From: an uncultured Verrucomicrobiae bacterium
GTDB lineage: Bacteria; Verrucomicrobiota; Verrucomicrobiia; Chthoniobacterales; JAFAMB01
Assembly (NCBI GenBank): GCA_963837955.1
Contig: CAWIPH010000001.1
Coordinates: 128,001 to 192,000 of the forward strand
Length of the DNA: 64,000 nucleotides
Direction: 5' to 3'
Part shown: positions 39,973 to 49,414 of the stretch, piece by piece
Layout of the letters: each line of letters opens with the position of its first letter
How positions within the stretch are numbered: the first letter of the stretch is position 1
The notes under the pieces: generated by a model
The model's input: only the letters and a program-made list of their open reading frames with translations
Database searches by the model: none
What the model was told of the DNA's origin: nothing
Made by a program: the position numbers and the translations under genes

Positions 39973-41079
39973 ATGTACATCGGGATCATCGGAGCCGGAA
40001 AAATCGGTGAGTCCATCGCGACCTTGCTGGAAACCTGCGGGTTTTGCGAACGGGTAAGACTCGGCGACACCCGTCCGCTCGATGACATTTCTGATCTGGA
40101 AAAGGCAGAGTTTAGACAGCTCGACGTTACTCAGCCGGCTGAGCTCGACTCATTCGTCGCTGACTGCGAGGCGGTGGTCAGTGCTGCGCCCTACTACCTG
40201 AACAAAACGATCGCGGAGGTTTGTTCCAGACATGAAACATCGTATTTCGACCTGACTGAAGACGTTGAGACCACCAACTACGTTCGTGGCTTGAGCAAGA
40301 ATAGTCGGGCCACTTTCATGCCGCAGTGTGGTCTGGCCCCTGGCGCGATCAATATCATCGCGAGTGGGCTAGCTGACACATTTAAGACGATTCGCTCCGT
40401 GGAAATGAGGGTCGGTGCGCTTCCGTTGTCGGCCAGTAATCAGATGAAATACTACCTAAGCTGGAGCACGGCTGGGTTGATCAATGAGTATTGTCATTTC
40501 GGCGAGGCGCTGACTCAAGGAAGACGAATTCCGACGGTTCCACTCGACGGGGTGGAACGGCTGACGATCGATGGTGTCGAGTACGAAGCTTTCAATACGT
40601 CCGGGGGCGCAGCGACGATGTGCGAGACTTTCGAGGGTAGCGTGACGGAGCTGAACTACAAAACTCTCCGTTATCCGGGACATCGCGATTTGATGAAGTT
40701 TCTTCTGTTCGATCTCAATCTGAGCCAAAAACAGGAGGTTTTGACACAGATATTCGACCAAGAGGTTCCGCTCACGTTTAACGACGTCGTGGTGGTGTAC
40801 GTGAATTCGGTCGGATCGGACAGTGGCAACCTGGTCCAGCGCAGTTTTGTTAGAAAGATTTATTCTGGCACGATTAGCGGACATCCGCTCTCAGCCATCC
40901 AGTTGTCCACAGCTGCGGGCATGGTCGGCGCGCTCGAGCTATTTGCCAAAAAACAATTGCCGGCAGGTTTTGTCCGCCAGGAATCAATTAGTTTGACTCA
41001 ATTTTTCGAAACCCAATGGGGTGGTCGCGTGTACGGACAAGCGGAAACTGTAGTCCCTAAATTCACAGTAAAAACGTAG
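39973..41079 (+). CDS. Lysine 6-dehydrogenase / saccharopine dehydrogenase family protein
   Basis: GAGKIG Rossmann motif, YFDLTEDV, CGLAPG, RVGALP, WSTAGLINEY, EAFNTSGG, YKTLRYPGH; strong RBS (GGGAGGAG). Confidence 0.88.
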   Translation: MYIGIIGAGKIGESIATLLETCGFCERVRLGDTRPLDDISDLEKAEFRQLDVTQPAELDSFVADCEAVVSAAPYYLNKTIAEVCSRHETSYFDLTEDVETTNYVRGLSKNSRATFMPQCGLAPGAINIIASGLADTFKTIRSVEMRVGALPLSASNQMKYYLSWSTAGLINEYCHFGEALTQGRRIPTVPLDGVERLTIDGVEYEAFNTSGGAATMCETFEGSVTELNYKTLRYPGHRDLMKFLLFDLNLSQKQEVLTQIFDQEVPLTFNDVVVVYVNSVGSDSGNLVQRSFVRKIYSGTISGHPLSAIQLSTAAGMVGALELFAKKQLPAGFVRQESISLTQFFETQWGGRVYGQAETVVPKFTVKT

Positions 41080-41286
41080 CCGGCCCAGCGATCAATGAGG
41101 TCTTTATGTGCTGGGAGTTCAGAGGGGCAGCATACTCGATCGTCCCTTATAGGGACGGACCGATCTTTTTATCGTTAACCCAGCAATGAATTGCCGGGCT
41201 ACTATCATGATGTCCCTAGCGGGACCGCGAACCCATACCAGAATATAATAGGCTAGAAGCCAATACCGGCGAACTCCTAACCCCAT

Positions 41287-42831
41287 ATGAACCCTACTGA
41301 CGTCCAAGCCGTGCGCGCCGAGCTTTTTGCGCGTTTGCAACTGAGGGAAGAGGAAAGCGGAGCCTTCAGTGGAAAATGGTCAGGAACCGGTCCGCTATTG
41401 AAAAAAAAATCGCCGATTGATGGCTCCCTCCTTGGATCGGTCCGGCAAGCAACAGCTGAAGAATATGATCGGACGGCAAGAGACGCGCAGCGTGCTTTCG
41501 AGAAGTGGCGTCTTGTTCCTGCGCCTCGCCGCGGCGAACTGGTCCGCCGGCTCGGCGCCAGGCTTCGCGAGTTGAAGCCGTTTCTCGGGCGTCTGGTCTC
41601 TTTGGAAGCCGGTAAGATCCTGGCAGAGGGTGAAGGAGAAGTGCAGGAAATGGTCGATATCTGCGACTTCGCCAACGGCCTCTCACGACAACTCTACGGC
41701 TTGACGATCGCTTCAGAACGCCCGGGACATCGCATGTTCGAACAGTGGCAACCATTGGGGATCGTTGGGATTATCTCCGCATTTAACTTTCCGGTTGCGG
41801 TGTGGTCCTGGAACGCCGCGCTGGCAACGATCTGCGGAAACTCCGTCATTTGGAAACCGTCGGAGAAAACACCTTTTACGGCTATCGCGTGCACCAAGAT
41901 CGCTGCGGCGGTCTGCGAAGAGGCTGGAGAAGATCCGGCGCTTTTTTCTTTGGTGATCGGGGGGCGAGAGACCGGCGCTTTACTCGCGAACGATCGACGG
42001 GTTGCGCTTGTATCGGCCACCGGCTCGGTACGAATGGGAAAAGAGGTAGCGCAGACGGTCGCCCGACGTCTCGGGAAATCGCTGCTTGAACTAGGCGGCA
42101 ATAACGCTGTGATCGTGACCCAGTCCGCGAACCTCGAAATGGCGAAGCGGGCCCTTCTCTTCGGCGCGGTGGGCACGGCCGGCCAACGTTGCACCAGCAC
42201 GCGCAGGCTCATCGTACACCGTGCTGTTCGCTATCCACTTCTGCAAGCTCTCGAAAAGGCCTACCGAAGCGTAAAGATTGGGAATCCGCTCGACCCGTCT
42301 ATTTTAATGGGTCCGCTCATTGACGAGGCGGCGGTTCAGTCGATGGATGAGGCGTTGGAACAAATCCGGGCTTCAGGTGGTTCGATTCGGGTCGGCGGTG
42401 AACATCTGTCCGGCCCAGAATACCCTGGGGGCCAGTATGTCAGTCCCTGCATTGTGGAGGCCCAAAACGATTGGCCGATAGTGCAAAATGAAACATTCGC
42501 GCCGATCCTCTATGTCCTGACTTACGATCGGTTGGAGGAAGCTATCGCCATGCAAAATGGCGTTCCCCAAGGCCTCAGCTCCGCAATCTTTTCCAATGAC
42601 GTCCGGGAAACAGAAACCTTCCTCTCTGCGGTGGGGAGCGATTGTGGGCTGGCTAACGTCAACCTCGGCACCAGCGGCGCGGAAATCGGCGGCGCTTTCG
42701 GAGGAGAAAAGGAAACTGGTGGTGGCCGAGAGAGTGGCAGCGATGCTTGGCGCAACTACATGCGCCGGCAGACTAGTGTGATCAACTATTCTTCGGAATT
42801 GCCTCTCGCGCAGGGGATCCGGTTTGAATGA
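41287..42831 (+). CDS. ALDH7-family aldehyde dehydrogenase (aminoadipate-semialdehyde / P6C dehydrogenase)
   Basis: GEVQEMVDICDFANGLSRQL, ISAFNFP, LELGGNN, GTAGQRCT, GAEIGGAFGGEKETGGGRESGSD. Confidence 0.9.
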   Translation: MNPTDVQAVRAELFARLQLREEESGAFSGKWSGTGPLLKKKSPIDGSLLGSVRQATAEEYDRTARDAQRAFEKWRLVPAPRRGELVRRLGARLRELKPFLGRLVSLEAGKILAEGEGEVQEMVDICDFANGLSRQLYGLTIASERPGHRMFEQWQPLGIVGIISAFNFPVAVWSWNAALATICGNSVIWKPSEKTPFTAIACTKIAAAVCEEAGEDPALFSLVIGGRETGALLANDRRVALVSATGSVRMGKEVAQTVARRLGKSLLELGGNNAVIVTQSANLEMAKRALLFGAVGTAGQRCTSTRRLIVHRAVRYPLLQALEKAYRSVKIGNPLDPSILMGPLIDEAAVQSMDEALEQIRASGGSIRVGGEHLSGPEYPGGQYVSPCIVEAQNDWPIVQNETFAPILYVLTYDRLEEAIAMQNGVPQGLSSAIFSNDVRETETFLSAVGSDCGLANVNLGTSGAEIGGAFGGEKETGGGRESGSDAWRNYMRRQTSVINYSSELPLAQGIRFE

Positions 42832-43667
42832 TCTGCCAGGCTGATTTGGGTTTGTATCCAGACAAGATAATCGCCTAGTACCGCTTCACGAATCGTGTCG
42901 TTGTGCAGTTCGTGCCTCGCCTCAGGATAACTGATGAAGTCTTTGTTCGGGGCAACTAGCTTTTGGAAGTAGGCGCGGGTCGCTTCAATTGAAGTCACTG
43001 AATCCGCCTCGCCGTGGGTTAGCAGCACCGGCGCGTTTGCCAAAGGATTGGCCAGCAAATCCTGACCCATCTTCACTATCTCAAAATAGGTCCGCAGCCT
43101 GATAAACCCGTGCACCTTGTCCGGGTCGGGAAAGCTATCCTGAACGGCTTTATCGCGGGTTGTATCCTCGGGTCCGATTCCAGTTGGAAAACGGGATGCC
43201 GGAGCGATCGTGTTCACTAGGCGCGCGACGCCCTCCAACCACACTGCCGGGGGATGCGAAAGGATCAGCCAGGGCGAACCAGCGATATATCCGGCCGGCG
43301 GATTTTTGCCGGACTTCGCGTACGCCAGGACGATTTGACCACCGAGGCTGTGGCCAAAGAGAATGAGTGGTTGCGGACGTTCCAAGTAGACAATTGCCGA
43401 TTCGAGATCGGCCAGGTAGTCCTGGTACCGCTCAATGGAAATTGGTTTGCCATCGCTGAATCCATGGCCTCGCAAATCAAATGCGAACACTGAGAAACCA
43501 GCTCGCGAGAAAAAATCGCCGACAAGGATATAGCGACCGGAGTGCTCACCTAAGCCGTGGACAATCACGATTGTCCCTTTTGATCCGGAACCAGGTGTCC
43601 ACTGTCGGAAAAAACGGTCTCCGGCACTCTTTGTCTTAAACTTGCCGGTAGTTAAGGATGGTTCCAC
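42786..43667 (-). CDS. Alpha/beta hydrolase (lysophospholipase/monoacylglycerol lipase-like)
   Basis: HGLGEHSGRY, DLRGHG, GHSLGG, HELHND. Confidence 0.9.
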   Translation of the reverse strand: MEPSLTTGKFKTKSAGDRFFRQWTPGSGSKGTIVIVHGLGEHSGRYILVGDFFSRAGFSVFAFDLRGHGFSDGKPISIERYQDYLADLESAIVYLERPQPLILFGHSLGGQIVLAYAKSGKNPPAGYIAGSPWLILSHPPAVWLEGVARLVNTIAPASRFPTGIGPEDTTRDKAVQDSFPDPDKVHGFIRLRTYFEIVKMGQDLLANPLANAPVLLTHGEADSVTSIEATRAYFQKLVAPNKDFISYPEARHELHNDTIREAVLGDYLVWIQTQISLADHSNRIPCARGNSEE

Positions 43668-43717
43668 GGAAAAGATCCAATCGACAGGTATGACATTTGA
43701 ACGATCATTTGGGTGGC

Positions 43718-44098
43718 ATGCGCTTAACTAATCTCCTGCGGTCTCTTCCCGCTGGCAAGACTTTGAACGAGTCGAAAGACCGTATAGTGAGCGCCCGCCT
43801 CAAGCGCATCGTCAACGAGGAGTTAAAGCCGTATGGGGAAATCCTTGAGCTCAGAGTCAACACGCTGGAACAATGTGCAGCCTGCAGCGTCCGTCTTAAC
43901 GGCGAAACGGAAGTATTGGATTTGGAACTCAGCCATTTCAAACTGACCAAAATGGGGACGCTCCGAGCAATCGAAATCGAAGGGCAAAACATTCAAACCT
44001 CTCGAGAGTGGCTAACGGCTTTGCTGCACGATAAGCTTGGCCGCAAAACCGCGCCCTTGCCGTCCCAACTTGGTTGGCTAATCGAATTCTTGAGCTGA
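43718..44098 (+). CDS. Hypothetical protein
   Basis: ORF filling the gap between flanking genes; no recognised motif. Confidence 0.55.
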   Translation: MRLTNLLRSLPAGKTLNESKDRIVSARLKRIVNEELKPYGEILELRVNTLEQCAACSVRLNGETEVLDLELSHFKLTKMGTLRAIEIEGQNIQTSREWLTALLHDKLGRKTAPLPSQLGWLIEFLS

Positions 44099-44123
44099 GC
44101 CCCGACAAATACAACCCCGCGCT

Positions 44124-44172
44124 GGTAGGGCGAAAGCCTAATCTGGCAGGCGCCAGATTGGCTTGAGCCGTT
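44124..44172 (+). repeat. GTAG-type REP hairpin, copy 2
   Basis: GGTAGGGCGAAAGCCT-AATCTGGC-AGGC-GCCAGATT-GGCTTGAGCCGTT. Confidence 0.8.
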
Positions 44173-44222
44173 CTTTCAATCATACCGAAACCCACTCCCC
44201 TACCGCGATCGGCAAGACCGAC

Positions 44223-45119
44223 TCACTCTGACAACAATGGTCGCCGCGAGCGGAACGTTAATTCGGAAATTCCCGATTTATCGATCTCGCCTAGTCCGGC
44301 CCGCACCATCGCGTCGTACTGCTCTTTTGAAGCTTTTAAGAGAGGCAAGTTCAGGCCTTGTTGTTGGGCCAGCGCCAAAGCAATCCCACTGTCCTTCGCG
44401 GCGTGAGCAGCGGAGAAAAAAGTGCTGTGTTCGCGATCCATCATGTCCGGGCCGTCGGTCTCCAGCACGCGAGAGTTGGCACCGGTTTGAGCAAAGACTT
44501 CTGCGACCACTCGCGGATCCAGTCCTAAGGCTTCGGCCAACCCTAGTCCCTCGGCTAGACCGGCGGTGTTGATGTTCATAACCATGTTTACCAGTGCCTT
44601 CAGTTCCGCCGCCTTTCCTGCTTCACCAATGTAACGAGTCTTAACTGTTAGATCTTTTAGAATCGGCTCGGCATTGGCCACCGCTTCGGGTGAGCCGGCA
44701 ATCATCATAAACAATTTGCCTTCGCGAGCATGGGTGACACTGGAGGCCATCGGAGCTTCTAGCACTCTCGCGCCCAACTCCTCACCTTTCTGCGCGACCT
44801 CGCGATGAACGGACGGACTGATGGTGGCGCAGTTAACGAAAAGCTTGCCAGCCGCGTGAGTAAAAAGGTTATCCGGTCCGAAATAGATCGCGCGCATCGC
44901 GGCGTCATCGGTAACTACGGTAAATATCGCTTCTGAATCTCGGCTCACTTCCGAAACCGATTTAGCCCAGGAACAACCGAGTTCAGCGGCTAGATCCGTC
45001 GCAGTCTTCTGGTTCGCGTCAAAAACCGCGGAAACTGCATAGCCAACCTCTTTGAGTCGTCGCGCCATGTTTGCACCCATGCGGCCGACACCGACAAAGC
45101 CTACGCGAGGGGATTTCAT
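44223..45119 (-). CDS. NAD(P)-dependent beta-hydroxyacid dehydrogenase (3-hydroxyisobutyrate DH family)
   Basis: GFVGVGRMGANMA, NCATISP, LEAPM, KALVN, AKDSG. Start set at ATG 45119. Confidence 0.88.
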   Translation of the reverse strand: MKSPRVGFVGVGRMGANMARRLKEVGYAVSAVFDANQKTATDLAAELGCSWAKSVSEVSRDSEAIFTVVTDDAAMRAIYFGPDNLFTHAAGKLFVNCATISPSVHREVAQKGEELGARVLEAPMASSVTHAREGKLFMMIAGSPEAVANAEPILKDLTVKTRYIGEAGKAAELKALVNMVMNINTAGLAEGLGLAEALGLDPRVVAEVFAQTGANSRVLETDGPDMMDREHSTFFSAAHAAKDSGIALALAQQQGLNLPLLKASKEQYDAMVRAGLGEIDKSGISELTFRSRRPLLSE

Positions 45120-45187
45120 ATTCGAATATGGCTCTGTTCTAAAGATGACAACAGCCTTAAAATACATCCGCACCAGTCGTTACATCC

Positions 45188-45721
45188 ATGGCGTTCTACT
45201 CGCTTATCTTCCGCTCACTACGCGATGTTCAGGTGCCTTTCCTGGTCGTCGGAGGACACGCCGTCGTGCTCTCTGGGCACTTGCGGAACACTTTCGACCT
45301 GGACCTTCTGATTGGCGAATCGGCTCGAGCAAATGCGCGACAGAGACTGTCCGAGCTAGGATTCCAAGTCTATTATGAGAGCGAAGCTTTCTTGCAGCTT
45401 GCTGCCCCGGAACACCTCCCTCCGCTCGATCTGATGCTCGTCGAAGACGAAACTTTTAGCCGGCTTCTCCAATATACCGTTGAGAAAAACTTGGACGATG
45501 AAATGGTTCTGATACCAGACCCTTTGCGTTTGGTCGCGTTGAAGCTGCACGCGACCAGGACCCCCCGCCGGCGGAGACGTAACACCGACTTGGACGATAT
45601 TGCCGGCGTGCTTCGCGCCGCGCGCATTCCGTTTGATGACCCTGAGTTGCAAGTGATATTGCAGAGTTATGGCGGAGCCGAGTCCTCGACCGAAATTCGG
45701 GAACGGTTGCGAGACTCTTGA
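45188..45721 (+). CDS. Nucleotidyltransferase-fold protein
   Basis: VVGGHAV..G..RNTFDLD motif, LVALKLHA, and C-terminal DLDD. Confidence 0.75.
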   Translation: MAFYSLIFRSLRDVQVPFLVVGGHAVVLSGHLRNTFDLDLLIGESARANARQRLSELGFQVYYESEAFLQLAAPEHLPPLDLMLVEDETFSRLLQYTVEKNLDDEMVLIPDPLRLVALKLHATRTPRRRRRNTDLDDIAGVLRAARIPFDDPELQVILQSYGGAESSTEIRERLRDS

Positions 45722-45902
45722 AGATCGCAACCGGTTCGTCTTGCCGATTGTCCGGGAGCCGCCACGACAATGGACGGCCGATGAAATTGGAGACGAGGTC
45801 ATGCTCGAATCGATGGAGTTGCTGACCCAGGCAGCTCGGTTAGCCCCGGATTTCGAAGCAAACCGTCTACTCGAGAAGAATCCTCGTCGCTTCACATTTT
45901 AG
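45669..45902 (+). CDS. Small hypothetical protein, possible partner of the nucleotidyltransferase
   Basis: Short ORF overlapping the NTase end; start uncertain. Confidence 0.45.
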   Translation: MAEPSPRPKFGNGCETLEDRNRFVLPIVREPPRQWTADEIGDEVMLESMELLTQAARLAPDFEANRLLEKNPRRFTF

Positions 45903-46014
45903 AGCGCTAGGGCCTGAAACTGGGTTCGGTTTTCGGACCAGCAGTATCTAGTAGACCTTCCTTCGAAGTCTGTCCCGCCAGGCCTCCCGGCGTTTCAAAC
46001 AACAGGGCGGAATC

Positions 46015-46087
46015 TGGAGCCTAGGGGATTCGAACCCCTGACCTCCTCAATGCCATTGAGGCGCTCTACCAACTGAGCTAAGACCCC
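46015..46087 (-). tRNA. tRNA-Ala(GGC)
   Basis: GGGGTCTTAGCTCAGTTGGTAGAGCGCCTCAATGGCATTGAGGAGGTCAGGGGTTCGAATCCCCTAGGCTCCA; G3-U70 Ala identity pair, GGC anticodon, CCA not encoded. Confidence 0.97.
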
Positions 46088-46173
46088 TTGAATCAGCGGA
46101 ATCCGAAGTTAACGCGTTTTCTTTGGTTGGAAAGGGCTTTCTTGTGGAGTAACGCCTCGAAGCCCTGGCACTG

Positions 46174-46511
46174 ATTCTCCGCACATTTTTGAGGATTTGA
46201 TCAGGTCTTACGAAGCGAGGCTAAGAGAAGAGGAATAATCCGCAGATTTCCACGGACTCTTTTATTAATCCGCAGATTTCACAGATTACGCAGATTATTT
46301 TGTTTCCGTTCCTTGCCGAGGTTCATGTGACCAAACAAAGCGCTGATGCTCCAATGATTTGATAAGTTTGGTCATCCATACGATAGGAAACAAATAACTA
46401 TAATATTTAGCGTTTTAAATACCATATGCGACGTACGCGAATTATTTCTCGACTGACAGCCTAAGTGCCTTGGATTCAGAAAAATCTGCGTAATCTGTGA
46501 AATCTGCGGAT
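46174..46511. mobile_element. Internally deleted, non-coding copy of the GxxExxY cassette (MITE-like)
   Basis: Identical 35-bp left repeat (46262-46296) and a 29-bp right repeat (46483-46511). It retains the gene start ([11 protein letters not shown]) and gene end, with ~300 bp of the middle missing. Confidence 0.75.
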
Positions 46512-46664
46512 CACTTCTCTCCTCTCGAAGCAGCTCCATCCCGGGTTGATTCCATATAGTCTACTCGGCGGACTGGTTTTCCTCTCGGATCCCATTCACC
46601 TGCGGTTTATCAGCGGGACAAATTTGGTTTTAAAATTTCTTTTCAATCGGCATTCTGGCTCTCG

Positions 46665-47162
46665 ATGAATCAGGTATTGCCGCCTCTCCCCAACTCGCAG
46701 CCGCCCAAGCGGTTTCCCTGGCTAGGCTGCAGTCTGGGGTGCGGAGCGATTGTTATACTGGCGATAATCGGATTGGTTTTCTCACTCCTGGCGGCTCTGG
46801 AGTTGCCTCCGTTTTCCCACAACTCCACGCAACCAACGGTACCTTCGGACTTTGTGGGACTTTGGCGGACGACCGGTGATGTGGAGGGAACGATCGAAAT
46901 TCTCCCGGACGGCAGGGCATCCTGTAACGTCAAGAATCCGTCGAGTTCCTACGAGTTAAACGGGGCAAGAGCGCGATTCGATCCCAAAACGAATGTGCTC
47001 TCCATTAAGTTCTGGTTCATCGGACCAGAATGGCACGTCGACGAGCGCCCCAACCAAAAGGGTGAACAGATGGAAATGATCCTAAACGGTCAACGGTATC
47101 TGCGATCTACACCGGGGCAGCCGCCCAGTCCAAGTGCCTCCACAAAGCCGTGGGAGGTCTAA
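46665..47162 (+). CDS. Hypothetical membrane-anchored protein
   Basis: Pro-rich N-terminus, GCSLGC-TM segment, and a beta-rich domain (FVGLW). Confidence 0.7.
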   Translation: MNQVLPPLPNSQPPKRFPWLGCSLGCGAIVILAIIGLVFSLLAALELPPFSHNSTQPTVPSDFVGLWRTTGDVEGTIEILPDGRASCNVKNPSSSYELNGARARFDPKTNVLSIKFWFIGPEWHVDERPNQKGEQMEMILNGQRYLRSTPGQPPSPSASTKPWEV

Positions 47163-47367
47163 AATGTCACCGGTTGGCCGCGCTTGGCCGTCGGTTTGCG
47201 CTAGATCAGCCTAGGTCGGCTAACAAGTGAACAATATGGCAAATCCCGAACCGCTGCGTTATCGAACACCCCGATTCGCCGAACTCAGCGCGCCCGTGCG
47301 TTAATGCAGGCGCCTTAGTGATCTGTCATTTGTCATTTGTGATTCGTTGGCCATCTTTTCGCTTCCC

Positions 47368-48201
47368 ATGAAAACATTCCGTCTTAACCGGCTCTTCAAT
47401 GCCGAATCCTCCCGTTGTTTAGACGTCGCTGTCGATCACGGCTTCTTTAACGAGCTGGGTTTTCTAAGCGGCATTGAAGACTTAGCGCAGGCAGTCGGGA
47501 CGCTGGTCCAGGCGAACCCGGACGCCATCCAGTTGACGATCGGACAAGCCGAACTGCTCCAAGCGATCCCGGGGAAAGCGAAACCTGCATTAGTCCTGCG
47601 CACGGATGTGGCCAACGTTTACGGTCGCGATCTTCCCCGCACACTCTTTAGCCGAATGATTGAGAAACCAGTCGAGCATGCGATTAGGCTGGATGCGGCG
47701 TGTGTCGTCGTAAATTTGTTCCGGATTCCTGGTCAACCGGAGGTGACGGATCAATGCATCCAAAACATCCTGCGACTAAAACCCGATTGTGAGCGGTACG
47801 GATTCCCTTTAATGATTGAGCCGCTCGTCTTCCGCCCCAATGAACAGGCAGGCGGATATCAAGTGGACGGTGATCTGGATAAGATCTTACCATTGGTCCG
47901 GCAAGCCGTTGAACTAGGCGCCGATATCATTAAAGCCGATCCCACCGATGACCCCACCGTGTATCATAAGGTCGTCCGGGTCGCCCGAGTGCCGGTGCTG
48001 GTCCGGGGCGGCGGAAAGGCCGATGATATGGAAGTGCTCCGTCGTTCGGAGCAGCTCATCGCTCAGGGGGCGGCCGGCCTTGTCTATGGCCGCAACATTA
48101 TTCAGCATCCGAATCCAGGCGGGATGACAAAGGCGCTGATGGCAATCGTCCATGAGAATGCGAAGGCGGAGGAAGCCGCCAAGCGTTATTTATCTGTCTA
48201 G
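47368..48201 (+). CDS. Class I aldolase, DhnA/FbaB/LsrF family
   Basis: VAVDHG, LMIEP, ELGADIIKAD (Schiff-base Lys), VRGGG, YGRNIIQH. Start set at ATG 47368. Confidence 0.88.
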   Translation: MKTFRLNRLFNAESSRCLDVAVDHGFFNELGFLSGIEDLAQAVGTLVQANPDAIQLTIGQAELLQAIPGKAKPALVLRTDVANVYGRDLPRTLFSRMIEKPVEHAIRLDAACVVVNLFRIPGQPEVTDQCIQNILRLKPDCERYGFPLMIEPLVFRPNEQAGGYQVDGDLDKILPLVRQAVELGADIIKADPTDDPTVYHKVVRVARVPVLVRGGGKADDMEVLRRSEQLIAQGAAGLVYGRNIIQHPNPGGMTKALMAIVHENAKAEEAAKRYLSV

Positions 48202-48220
48202 CTGTGTTTCCTATCTGAAC

Positions 48221-49354
48221 ATGAGTACGAAGAAAATCGTTAAAATCGGTATCATCGGTGGCGGGTTAATGGGGCGCGAACTGGCCAGCGCTTTGGCCCG
48301 CTGGTTCGCATTGACCGATCCTCCGGTCGATGCGCGTTTGGTGGCTGTGGCGGATCTGTCCGAGCCCGCCCGGGAATGGTTTCGAAAAATACCGACTGTC
48401 ACTCAGATAACTGCCTCGGCCCAAGAACTCATTGCAAACCCAGACGTCGACATCGTCTACGTAGCTGTCCCGCATCAGCTCCACCAACAAATATATTTGC
48501 AAGTAATCGAAGGGGGGAAGGATCTCCTGGCCGAAAAACCGTTCGGAATTGATCTTCCGGCAGCCGAACAGATTTCTGCCGCTGCGACCCGGGCTAAGCG
48601 GTTCGTGCGATGCAGTTCCGAATTTCCGTTCATGCCGGGGGCTCAGAAAGTGATCCAATTTATACAGGCAAAGCAATACGGGAAGCTGCTCGAAATTCGG
48701 GTCGGGTACCATCACAGCAGTGATCTGGACCCAAACAAACCGATCAACTGGAAACGCCAAGTGAAAACGTGCGGTCAAACCGGTGTGATGGGAGACCTAG
48801 GCATGCATACACTCCATATCCCGTTCCGATTCGGTTGGCAGCCGGTACGAGTCTACGCTCAGCTGCAGAAAATCATAAACGAACGGCCGGACGGCCATGG
48901 AGGTATGGCAATCTGCGACACCTGGGACAATGCGATCCTCAACACCGAAGTGGTGATTGATGGAGCCGAGGTGCCAATGCGAATCGAAACGAAACGCATG
49001 GCTCCAACAGAAACCAATACCTGGTACATTGATGTTCTGGGAACCGATGCGGGCGTCCGTTTCAGCACAAAAGAACCTAAGGCCTTGTGGCGTTATCGGC
49101 GTGCCGAAGACCAAGCGTGGTACCGAGTTGATCTTGGATCTCAGTCGGTTTTCCCAACCATTACCGGTGCGATTTTTGAGACTGGTTTTAACGACTGCTT
49201 CCAGCAAATGTGGGCATCGTTCTTAGCCGAACGGGAAGGCATACTTGGGGATCGTTTCGGCTGTGTAACGCCCGAAGAGGCAGTATTAAGCCACCGTTTA
49301 TTTAGCGCTGCCCTGGAAAGCCAAAAATCCAAGTCGGTCGTCGCCCTGAACTGA
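48221..49354 (+). CDS. Gfo/Idh/MocA-family oxidoreductase
   Basis: IGGGLMG, YVAVPHQLH, AEKPFG, GDLGMH. Start set at ATG 48221. Confidence 0.9.
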   Translation: MSTKKIVKIGIIGGGLMGRELASALARWFALTDPPVDARLVAVADLSEPAREWFRKIPTVTQITASAQELIANPDVDIVYVAVPHQLHQQIYLQVIEGGKDLLAEKPFGIDLPAAEQISAAATRAKRFVRCSSEFPFMPGAQKVIQFIQAKQYGKLLEIRVGYHHSSDLDPNKPINWKRQVKTCGQTGVMGDLGMHTLHIPFRFGWQPVRVYAQLQKIINERPDGHGGMAICDTWDNAILNTEVVIDGAEVPMRIETKRMAPTETNTWYIDVLGTDAGVRFSTKEPKALWRYRRAEDQAWYRVDLGSQSVFPTITGAIFETGFNDCFQQMWASFLAEREGILGDRFGCVTPEEAVLSHRLFSAALESQKSKSVVALN

Positions 49355-49414
49355 CCTAGGCGCGGCACAAAAAATAGTACCGTTTTGTACGACCCTTTCC
49401 TAAAATAGACGCTC

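Noticed and set aside
45188..46087. tRNA-anchored genomic island or prophage
   Set aside because: There is no integrase, no duplicated tRNA 3' end (att site) that I could find, and no phage genes.
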